DNA from: Archangium sp.
Lineage (GTDB): Bacteria; Myxococcota; Myxococcia; Myxococcales; Myxococcaceae
Direction of reading: 5' to 3'
Assembly (NCBI GenBank): GCA_031367385.1
Contig: JANLPS010000245.1
Span: forward strand, 1-11,317
Length of the DNA: 11,317 nt
A program made the position numbers and the translations under genes. Positions 1-7,124 of the stretch are shown one piece after another (within the stretch, counting starts at the first letter, position 1; each line of letters begins with the position of its first letter). The notes under the pieces were generated by a model. The model was not told where the DNA came from, did not search any database, and saw only the letters and a list, made by a program, of their open reading frames with translations.

Positions 1-2
1 CC

Positions 3-2546
3 GAGAGCGCCAAGCGGGCGTTTCTCGAGGCGCTGCGCATCGACGCCTCGTACCTGCCGGCGATTCGCAGCCTCAAGGGCATCTACGAGTCGCAGAAAGA
101 CTGGCCGGCCTACGAGCAGGCGCTGATCGAAGAAGCGCGGCAGACCGAAGACCCGGGCGAGAAGTCGAACGCCTTTCTCGAGGTGGCTCGCTACTACGAG
201 CAACACGAAGATCGCGAGCAGGCGACCACCTTCTACGAAGAGTCGCTCAAGCTGGTGCCTGATTCACTCGAGGCGGCGCGGCCCTTGGCCGACATCTACC
301 TCTCTCTCGAGAGCTGGGAGCGCTGCGAGCGCATGCTCGACATCGTGATCTCGAAGTTGTCGCTGCGCTTCTCGCAGGTGCCCGACGACAGTGAGCTCTC
401 GAAGGAGCTGTGCCGCCGTTACTACCGGCAAGGCTACGTCTGCGAGAAGAACCAGAAGCGCGACAAGGCGCTGGCCGCATACGAGAAGGCCTACCAGCTC
501 GACTCGACCTACCTCGCGGTGCTCGAGGGCTACGGCAACCTGTTGGTGCACGCCAAGCGCTACGAAGAAGCGCTCAAGGTGTACCAGTCGATTCTGTTGC
601 ACCACCGCGGAGATCTCACCGACCTCGAAGTCGCCGAGATTTACTGGACGTTGGGCGACCTGCACATGGAGCTGGGTCAGCTCGATCGCGCCGAGAATCA
701 CTTCGAAAAGGCGCTCACCATCGACAGTGGGCACGAGCCCAGCTTGGTCTCGATGGTCACCATCGCCGAGCAGATGCAGACATACGACAAGGCGGCCGAG
801 TACCGGCAGAAGTTGCTCCAGGTGCTCGATGGAGACGCCAAGTTCGACATGGGCGTCGGCCTCGGCAAGCTCGCTCGAGACAAGCTGTCTGACCCGTACA
901 TGGCGATCGACGCGTACCTCGCGGCCTACAAGGTACACAACGACGCCCTCGAAGTGATGGACGCGCTGTACGTGCTCTATCGCGAGACCAAACAAGGCGC
1001 GAAGGCGGCCGAGATGCTGGAGCGCATGCTCTCGACTCCGGCGCTGCAAGGTGACCCGCAGAAGGCGAAGCGGGTGTGGTTCGCGCTTGGTGAAATCGCC
1101 CGCGACGAATTGATGGACATCGAGAAGGCCGGGGCGTCGTTCAACAACGCGCTCGATCTCGACTGGCGCTTTCTCGACGCGTTCAGCGCGATCGAAGCCA
1201 TGCTCGGCCGCAACAAGAAGTGGAAGACGCTCGACGACAACTACAAGCGCATGCTCGCAAGGTTCCCCAAAACCGAAGAGACGCACTTGGCGCGCATGGC
1301 GATTTGGCGTGCGCTGGGCGACATGTACTTGAACGTGATGAAGGCACCCGACGCGGCAGTCGAAGTCTACAAGGTCGTCGCCGCTGGCTTGCCCGACGAC
1401 GTCGACCTGCAGCAGCAGTACGCGGCGCTGGCTCAGGCGCAGCCGGGCTACGAGCAACAGGCCGTCGATGCGTGGCGGCGCGCACTGCCGACCACCACGA
1501 CTCCGGGCAAGGTGGCCTCATCGTTGGCTGAGCTGGCGGCGAGGCGCAAAGACTACGACTCCGCGTGGATCGCGGCCCAAGTCTCGACCGGCCTCATCGG
1601 CGAGGCAGGGCAGGGCGAGAAAGAGATTCTCTCGAAGCTCGGGCCCTACGCGAAGAAGCGCGAAGTGGCCCAGCGGCCGATGACCGATCGCCTCTGGCAA
1701 CAGCACCTCTTTCACCCCAAGGTGCGCGGGCCTCTGGCCGAGCTGATGTCGATTTTGTTCGAGCAGGCCGGCACGCTCTTCAAAGAAGACTTCACCCGCT
1801 ACGGCATCAACCCCAAGAAGCACTTCATCGAGATTGCCAACGCGCCCGAGTACCAGATTCACCACTACCGCTACGTCTCGCGGCTACTGGGTATGGATCA
1901 GGTGTCGCTGTTCTCACCGTTCTTGGTGACGACGCGCGAGCGCATGGCGAAGAAGACCACCGACCCCGCGCCAGACCCGATGGTCGGCGTCGAGATCTGT
2001 CACACCGAGCCAGTGTGCCTGCGTGTCGGCGGCAAGTTCTTCAGCGAGACGGGGCAGAAAGAGATCTACTACCTGCTGGGTCGAACGATGGCGCTGCTCC
2101 GGCCCGAGCTCGCGCTGACCCAGCGGCTCTCGGTCGAACGGCTCGAAGCGGTGTTGCAGGCGGCGATCAGCCTGTCGGTCGATCGCTTCAGGTTCACCGC
2201 TGATCTTCGCGCCATCGACGTCGAGCGCAAGGCACTCGAGAAACAGCTCACCGAACAGGCGCGCTCAGCGCTGGCTCGAATCACCAAAGAGTATGTGAAA
2301 GTGGCGACTCCGAATGACCTGCGAAACTACCTCGAAGGGGCCGAGCTCTCGGCCACCCGGGCGGGAGCGTTCGTCGCGGGCGAGATTGAACCCGTGCGAA
2401 AGATGGTCATGGCCGAGACCGGCAGCGCGTTTCGGGTGCAACCGCGCTCCAAAATTCGCGATCTCATGGTATTCGCGCTGGGTGAAGACCTACATGCACT
2501 CCGCGTCGCTGTCGGAACAAACGTTGAAGTGCAAGTTCGCAAGTAG
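3..2546 (+). CDS. agmK: Adventurous gliding motility TPR protein AgmK/GltI, C-terminal part (5'-truncated by the window edge)
   Basis: The frame is open from base 3 (ESAKRAFLEALRIDASYLPAIRSLKGIY...), so GTG 183 is not the real start. It has many TPR units (e.g. KALAAYEKAYQLDSTYLAVLEGYGNLL, AEIYWTLGDLHMELGQLDRAENHFEKALTIDSGH) and strong GC3 bias. It lies directly upstream of agmX, matching the agmK(gltI)-agmX(gltJ) order in Myxococcus. Confidence 0.85.
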   Translation, partial: ESAKRAFLEALRIDASYLPAIRSLKGIYESQKDWPAYEQALIEEARQTEDPGEKSNAFLEVARYYEQHEDREQATTFYEESLKLVPDSLEAARPLADIYLSLESWERCERMLDIVISKLSLRFSQVPDDSELSKELCRRYYRQGYVCEKNQKRDKALAAYEKAYQLDSTYLAVLEGYGNLLVHAKRYEEALKVYQSILLHHRGDLTDLEVAEIYWTLGDLHMELGQLDRAENHFEKALTIDSGHEPSLVSMVTIAEQMQTYDKAAEYRQKLLQVLDGDAKFDMGVGLGKLARDKLSDPYMAIDAYLAAYKVHNDALEVMDALYVLYRETKQGAKAAEMLERMLSTPALQGDPQKAKRVWFALGEIARDELMDIEKAGASFNNALDLDWRFLDAFSAIEAMLGRNKKWKTLDDNYKRMLARFPKTEETHLARMAIWRALGDMYLNVMKAPDAAVEVYKVVAAGLPDDVDLQQQYAALAQAQPGYEQQAVDAWRRALPTTTTPGKVASSLAELAARRKDYDSAWIAAQVSTGLIGEAGQGEKEILSKLGPYAKKREVAQRPMTDRLWQQHLFHPKVRGPLAELMSILFEQAGTLFKEDFTRYGINPKKHFIEIANAPEYQIHHYRYVSRLLGMDQVSLFSPFLVTTRERMAKKTTDPAPDPMVGVEICHTEPVCLRVGGKFFSETGQKEIYYLLGRTMALLRPELALTQRLSVERLEAVLQAAISLSVDRFRFTADLRAIDVERKALEKQLTEQARSALARITKEYVKVATPNDLRNYLEGAELSATRAGAFVAGEIEPVRKMVMAETGSAFRVQPRSKIRDLMVFALGEDLHALRVAVGTNVEVQVRK

Positions 2547-2619
2547 CCAAATTCGCTCACAGATTTGCGTGCTGCCTCTTTCGGGAGGAACCTGGGGGAA
2601 CCAACCGGCGTCGGTTGGC

Positions 2620-2648
2620 TTGCCCCTTCACCTGAAGAAACCTATCGT
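2620..2648 (+). promoter_or_regulatory. Putative sigma70-type promoter for agmX/gltJ
   Basis: TTGCCC (2620-2625), a 17-bp spacer and TATCGT (2643-2648) lie in the 162-bp agmK-agmX intergenic region, 60 bp before ATG 2709. Confidence 0.5.
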
Positions 2649-2708
2649 TTACGCACACTTATCGCCTGCCTCAGACTTCATGAGCGCGGCCATAGAGCGG
2701 GTCTCCTG

Positions 2709-4751
2709 ATGCGCTTCGTATGTGAAAGCTGCCGCGCGCAGTACATGATCAACGACGAGAAGGTCGGCCCGAAGGGCGTGAAGGTGCGTTGTCGCAAGTG
2801 CGGCTACGTCATTCTCGTCAAGCGATCTGACGCGTCGGCCACGGCGTCTTCTCCATCGTCGGTCGCCAAGGCGGCAGTGACGCTGACGCCAGCGCCAATG
2901 ACCTCGTCGAATGACCCCGAAGACGCGACGGAGACGCAGGTGATGCAGACTCCGGCGGCGCTCGATGCAGAGCCAAAGACCGAGATCATGAGCAACGCGA
3001 TGGTTGGGTTGCGCGACTCGCTGTCGGGCGAAGACGAAGCACCCAAGGCACCGAAGAAGGTGCTCAGCACCGACAATTTTCTCGGAGCCGACGACGACGA
3101 AATCGGCGCGGTGTTCGACCAGGTGTTGAAGACCGGCTCTTCGAGCGAAACCCAAGACGAAGACAAGCCCCTGTTGGGCCTCGACGGAGACCGCCAGAAT
3201 ACTCGGGTCATCGACGCTGAGACCGCGAAGAAGCTGGCCGATGAATCTGGAGAGCCGAGCGCCCCGAATCAGGGTGAGGCGCCTGCTGAAGAAGTGCCGA
3301 CCACCGATTGGTACGTCGCAGTCAACGACAAGCAAACCGGCCCACTGACACTCGAGCAGATCAAAGGCCACTGGGACAAAGGCGAAATCGGCCCTGACTC
3401 GCTGTGCTGGCGCGCCGGGTATTCTGATTGGTTGCCGCTCAATGAGGTGAAGGCGCTGGCGTCGGTGTTGTCGCCGAAGCCGCCCAAACCGATCGTGGTG
3501 GCGGCTGCCGCGACGGTGTCGTCGTCGTTGCCTGGTGCTCAAGCGGTGATGAGCGTGCCGGTGCATTCTGCGTTCTCATCGGGTGGCGTGATGCAGTCGG
3601 TGCAGTCTGAGGTGCAGGTGCCGATCTCCGCGCACCCTCCTGAAGAGACTGGTACCTGGCGCCCGTCTGCGGCGTCGGCGTTGGCCTCCCTGGTCAAAGA
3701 CGAGATGGACGCGATGGCCAAGCCCGCCGTCGCGATGCGCGAGAAGCTCGAAGACGATGCGCCTCCGTCGCGAGGCGGTGGGCTGCTCGACTTGCCCGAA
3801 GAGAGCAAGTCGAACAGCAACGGTCACGCGGTCGCGGTGGCCGAGCGCGCCGCTGAGCGAGAGCGCCAGGCTCAGGCTCCGGTGAACCCGTACATGGCGA
3901 ACCCCGCGGCGACGCACAGTGCGCCCGCGTTGACGCAGTACCGGCCCCCGACCAGCCGCGGCTTGTTGGTGGCGTTGATCGGCGGCGGCATCTTGTTCGT
4001 CGCGCTGTTCGGGTTGGTGCTGTGGCTTGCGCTGCGTGAGCCGAAGGTGATCGTGACGCCTCCGGTCGTGGTGGCTCCGACGCCTGCAGCCACGGCTCCC
4101 GCGCCGATTCCTGCTCCGACGCCGCTCGCCGTCGCACCCACCCCGACACCTCCAGCGGGTATGGCGCCTGTGCCTGCGCCCGTCGTTGCGGTTGCGCCTC
4201 CTCCGACCGCCGCTCCGACGGCGCCTCCGAAAAGCTTTGGCAATCGGCAGCCTGTGGCTCCGAAGACGACGCGGCCTGACAAGGGCGAGTCGGCCGCTGC
4301 TGAGCCCGTCGAAGCGAAGCGGCCGGCCAAAGGTGGCACTGCTGAAGATGACGACGGGTTCAAGAATGCGTTTGGCGGCGGTGGAGCGCCCGAAGAGACC
4401 AAGAAACCCGAGAAGAAGAACACCGCGGTCTACATTCCTCCCGCGCCTGGCAGCGGAGGAGACGTCAAAGAAGAGCTGGCGACCTCTGACATCTTCGAGG
4501 TGGTCGTGGCCAACAAGCCGGCGATCGCCAAGTGCGCCGATGAGCAGCACAAGAAAGACCCTGGCAGCACCGGCAAGCTCGTCATGAAGTGGACGGTGCA
4601 GACCAACGGCCGCACCTCGGCGATCGGCGTGGCCTCAGAAGAGTTCAAGGGCAGCTACATCGCGACCTGCATCGCCGGCCTGGTCAAGACGTGGACCTTT
4701 CCTCGGCACAAGAAGCAGGGCGAACCGATCGTCTTTCCGTTCAAGTTCTAG
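2709..4751 (+). CDS. agmX: Adventurous gliding motility protein AgmX/GltJ (680 aa)
   Basis: The likely start is ATG 2709, giving MRFVCESCRAQYMINDEKVGPKGVKVRCRKCG, an MJ0042-type zinc ribbon (CxxC...CxxC). Next come a GYF_2 domain (WYVAVNDKQTGPLTLEQIKGHWDKGEIGPDSLCWRAGYSDW, ~3309-3450), one TM helix (GLLVALIGGGILFVALFGLVLWLAL, ~3960-4035) and a Pro/Ala-rich spacer. The C-terminus is an AgmX/PglI TonB_C-like domain (IAKCADEQ...GKLVMKWTVQTNG...CIAGLVKTWTFP...FPFKF). Confidence 0.93.
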   Translation: MRFVCESCRAQYMINDEKVGPKGVKVRCRKCGYVILVKRSDASATASSPSSVAKAAVTLTPAPMTSSNDPEDATETQVMQTPAALDAEPKTEIMSNAMVGLRDSLSGEDEAPKAPKKVLSTDNFLGADDDEIGAVFDQVLKTGSSSETQDEDKPLLGLDGDRQNTRVIDAETAKKLADESGEPSAPNQGEAPAEEVPTTDWYVAVNDKQTGPLTLEQIKGHWDKGEIGPDSLCWRAGYSDWLPLNEVKALASVLSPKPPKPIVVAAAATVSSSLPGAQAVMSVPVHSAFSSGGVMQSVQSEVQVPISAHPPEETGTWRPSAASALASLVKDEMDAMAKPAVAMREKLEDDAPPSRGGGLLDLPEESKSNSNGHAVAVAERAAERERQAQAPVNPYMANPAATHSAPALTQYRPPTSRGLLVALIGGGILFVALFGLVLWLALREPKVIVTPPVVVAPTPAATAPAPIPAPTPLAVAPTPTPPAGMAPVPAPVVAVAPPPTAAPTAPPKSFGNRQPVAPKTTRPDKGESAAAEPVEAKRPAKGGTAEDDDGFKNAFGGGGAPEETKKPEKKNTAVYIPPAPGSGGDVKEELATSDIFEVVVANKPAIAKCADEQHKKDPGSTGKLVMKWTVQTNGRTSAIGVASEEFKGSYIATCIAGLVKTWTFPRHKKQGEPIVFPFKF

Positions 4752-4764
4752 CTCCCGCTCCAGC

Positions 4765-4825
4765 ACGCAAAAACGACACAGTGGGCATCGCGACGCGATA
4801 AAGTGCCGCACCTTGCGTTTTTCGC
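4765..4825 (+). terminator. Imperfect stem-loop downstream of agmX (possible terminator or mRNA 3' structure)
   Basis: Nested inverted repeats AAAAACG/CGTTTTT, GTG-GGCA/TGCCGCAC and ATCGCG-A-CGCGAT, with a T5 tract at 4818-4822. Confidence 0.4.
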
Positions 4826-4850
4826 AGGCATCCCTTGGAGGGGAAACAAC

Positions 4851-5246
4851 ATGGAGAATGACGAAGCGGTCGGCGCGGCCGCGGGCCTCATTGGGCTCGT
4901 CGTGCAGTGCGTGGTGTTCATCGTCAGCTACGGCATCGGTGGCTTCATTCAGGGCAAGCTCTTCGAGAAGGCCGGCAAACCGATGTGGATCGGCTGGGTG
5001 CCGGTCTACAACGTGGTGACGATGCTCGAGCTGGTCGGCCGCCCCATCTGGTGGATCGTGCTGTTTTTCATACCCTTTGTGAACTTCGTGGTCGCAGTCT
5101 TGCTCGCCATCGACATCGCCAAGGCCTTCGGCAAAGACGTGCTCTATGGCATCGGGTTGTGCGTGCCGTGCGTCAACGTCGTGTTGATTCTGATGCTCGC
5201 ATTCGGTGACGCGAAGTACGTGGGGCCTCCGAACATCCCCGCCTGA
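4851..5246 (+). CDS. DUF5684-family small membrane protein (131 aa)
   Basis: GGAGGGG RBS at 4837-4843 precedes ATG 4851. The protein has the family-typical pattern KLFEKAGKPMWIGWVPVYN...LVGRPIWWIVLFFIPFVN...IAKAFGK...LAFGDAKY and several hydrophobic segments. Confidence 0.8.
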   Translation: MENDEAVGAAAGLIGLVVQCVVFIVSYGIGGFIQGKLFEKAGKPMWIGWVPVYNVVTMLELVGRPIWWIVLFFIPFVNFVVAVLLAIDIAKAFGKDVLYGIGLCVPCVNVVLILMLAFGDAKYVGPPNIPA

Positions 5247-5332
5247 CATCGTTGTCAGAGTTTCGCCGGTACGATGACACACCACCGTGCGAAGCCTCGG
5301 GTTTCGTTGGTGAATGTCGGCACGGTCTGTGT
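5243..5332 (+). promoter_or_regulatory. Palindromic operator-like site plus a candidate sigma54 -24/-12 promoter upstream of the lipoprotein gene
   Basis: Perfect inverted repeat CTGACA-tcgt-TGTCAG at 5243-5258. TCGGCACG-gtct-GTGT at 5317-5332 has GG and G at the correct spacing, but the -12 GC is GT. Confidence 0.3.
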
Positions 5333-5448
5333 AGGAGGGCTCGTCACCAGAGTCGTCGAGGGCGGGGCTGCCGTGTGGTGGCCCCCTCTCGGTGCAGTTC
5401 AATCAATCACTCAACGCCGTACCCTTTACCGAGGAGGAAGTACTTCGA

Positions 5449-6426
5449 ATGAAACGAATGAATCGAGAATTGTGGGCAGGCGCAGCTGCGGCTGCTGTGG
5501 CGTTTTTGGTGGTGGCGTGCGGTTCGACGCCGACGACTTCAACGACCTGCGCTGGAGACGCAGAGTGCGGCACCGGCAAGATGTGCCACCCGACCTTGAA
5601 GCAATGCATCAACTCGTGCACCGGTTCGACCGACTGCCCGTCGTCGGCCAAGACCTGCGCGACGTACGCCGGAGCCGCCTACACGGCCGGTGGCGCTGCG
5701 GCCTTTTGCCAGTGCTCAACCGATGCGCTCTGCGGCACGGGTCAGATTTGCCAGACCACCGCGACCAAGACCTGCACCGCGAAGTGCACGGCCTCGAGCG
5801 AGTGCGGCAGCGGCGCGACTTGCAACACCACCACTGGCGTGTGCAGCGGTTCGGGCACGGTCGCTGACGCTGGCACCGGCACGGTCGACGCTGGCTGCAA
5901 CACCAACCACGTGCAGCCCGACTTCTGCGGCTACGGCAATGCCTGCTACGAGAACGCTCCCCCCACCCCTCCGACTGGGAGCTGCGGCGCGATTCTCGAG
6001 GGTACCTGTGCGAACGTTGCGCAAGCGGTCTCGAAGAACAACCACACCGCGTGGACTGCTTCGTCAACCGGGCCGGTGATCTTCAATGTGGTACCGGAGA
6101 CCGGCGTACAGTCAGACTGCGCAACTGGCACTGACGGCGGCATCATCTCGACGCCGTTCACGGTGTCGGTCTATGCGTACGCGGGCACCACCGCGTTCCC
6201 GGCGAACAAGTCTGACCTGCCTGGCTTCTTCTACTTGAATTCGTCTGGCGACAAGACCGACATCCCCGCCAACCTGTTGAAGCAGTCGAATTACACGGTG
6301 CTCGACGCGGCCAACAAGAGCATCAAGGCGAAGTTCACGCTGTGTGGCTCGTTCAGCGCGACCACGATCCCCGCCGCTTTCTCGTTCACCAACGGCAACG
6401 CCGCCTGCGCGACGCTGACGAAGTGA
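5449..6426 (+). CDS. Cysteine-rich repeat lipoprotein (325 aa), myxobacterial surface/extracellular type
   Basis: GAGGAGG RBS at 5431-5437. The signal peptide MKRMNRELWAGAAAAAVAFLVVA-C has a lipobox with Cys24. There are 24 further Cys, repeated C-x5-C-G-x4-C-x6/7-C units, DAG linkers and a Thr/Ala/Gly/Ser-rich composition. Confidence 0.85.
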   Translation: MKRMNRELWAGAAAAAVAFLVVACGSTPTTSTTCAGDAECGTGKMCHPTLKQCINSCTGSTDCPSSAKTCATYAGAAYTAGGAAAFCQCSTDALCGTGQICQTTATKTCTAKCTASSECGSGATCNTTTGVCSGSGTVADAGTGTVDAGCNTNHVQPDFCGYGNACYENAPPTPPTGSCGAILEGTCANVAQAVSKNNHTAWTASSTGPVIFNVVPETGVQSDCATGTDGGIISTPFTVSVYAYAGTTAFPANKSDLPGFFYLNSSGDKTDIPANLLKQSNYTVLDAANKSIKAKFTLCGSFSATTIPAAFSFTNGNAACATLTK

Positions 6427-6438
6427 ATTGAATGAATA

Positions 6439-6478
6439 AGGGCTCGCTGCGGTCGTCAAAGAGGCCGTAGCGAACCCT
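6439..6478 (+). other. Strong intergenic hairpin without a + strand U-tract (mRNA-stabilising or partial terminator)
   Basis: AGGGCTCGCTGCGGTC (6439-6454) pairs with GGCCGTAGCGAACCCT (6463-6478), with one mismatch and two G-U pairs. Confidence 0.55.
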
Positions 6479-6501
6479 CACCCCTTGGAGATACACACAC
6501 T

Positions 6502-7005
6502 ATGAAACGAAATGTTCTGTTGTTCTCGTTGGTTGCGCCGATGCTGGCCTTTGCTCAAGCGAAGGTCGTCGACCCCATCAAAGCGCCGGTGATCACCGCA
6601 AATTACAAGCTCGCGTGCGGCTCAGGCACCGCCCAGGTCGGTGGCCCCGGCACCTCGATGCAGATGTTGGGTTGCATGAAGGTGGGCGTTGAAGGCCAGC
6701 GCATCTTCGAAGGCCCGATGTTCTCATTCTACAAAGACGGCAAGGTCGAAGCGCAGGGCCAGACCGAAGCCGGCTTTCGTTCGGGTAAATGGTCGTTCTT
6801 CAACGAGGCTGGCCAGAAGGTTGGCGAGACCGAATTCAAGCGCGGCGACTACCATGGCCGCCGTGCGATCTTCGGCGCTGATGGCCAGCTGAAGGCCGAA
6901 GAGTTCTGGGTTGAAGGCAAGCGCCAGGGCCCGCAGAAGACGTTCGACGCCGCAGGCAAGATGACGGTCGTGAACTTCTTGGACGACCGCCCTTCGGCGA
7001 ACTGA
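6502..7005 (+). CDS. Secreted MORN-variant repeat protein (YwqK-like)
   Basis: GGAG RBS at 6487-6490 and a Sec signal peptide ending AFA. An N-terminal Cys pair (LACGSG...LGCM) is followed by about four 24-aa MORN_2 repeats (EGPMFSFYKDGKVEAQG, SGKWSFFNEAGQKVGET, HGRRAIFGADGQLKAEE, QGPQKTFDAAGK). Confidence 0.85.
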   Translation: MKRNVLLFSLVAPMLAFAQAKVVDPIKAPVITANYKLACGSGTAQVGGPGTSMQMLGCMKVGVEGQRIFEGPMFSFYKDGKVEAQGQTEAGFRSGKWSFFNEAGQKVGETEFKRGDYHGRRAIFGADGQLKAEEFWVEGKRQGPQKTFDAAGKMTVVNFLDDRPSAN

Positions 7006-7021
7006 AGAAATCGAAGTGTTG

Positions 7022-7071
7022 AAAACGGCGGCCCGGTTTCTCGTTCGCGAGACGCCGGGCCGTCGCCTTTT
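7022..7071 (+). terminator. Rho-independent terminator
   Basis: CGGCGGCCCGG/CCGGGCCGTCG outer stem, TCTCG/CGAGA inner stem and TTCG tetraloop, followed by TTTT and preceded by AAAA. Confidence 0.75.
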
Positions 7072-7124
7072 GCCCTGAAGCAATCGCTTGCCACGACCTT
7101 CAGAAGTTGCGACATCGCCTGCTC

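Noticed and set aside
2565..2708. ORF-track N-terminal extensions (agmX from 2565; also 4803 and 5392 for the next two genes)
   Set aside because: Domain starts, RBS positions and the signal peptide support ATG 2709, 4851 and 5449 instead.
4050..4230. Repetitive GCTCC/CCTGC DNA in agmX
   Set aside because: It is explained by the Pro/Ala/Thr-rich periplasmic spacer coding sequence and is not an independent repeat element.
5285..5310. GCGAAGCCTCGGGT resembles part of the c-di-GMP-I (GEMM) riboswitch
   Set aside because: The upstream GGCAAA/GNRA-tetraloop P2 stem and the matching receptor/P1 elements are not recognisable.
5274..5867. Alternative 197-aa + strand ORF overlapping the lipoprotein
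   Set aside because: It is an Arg-rich off-frame translation with no RBS, whereas the lipoprotein frame has an RBS, a lipobox and coherent repeats.
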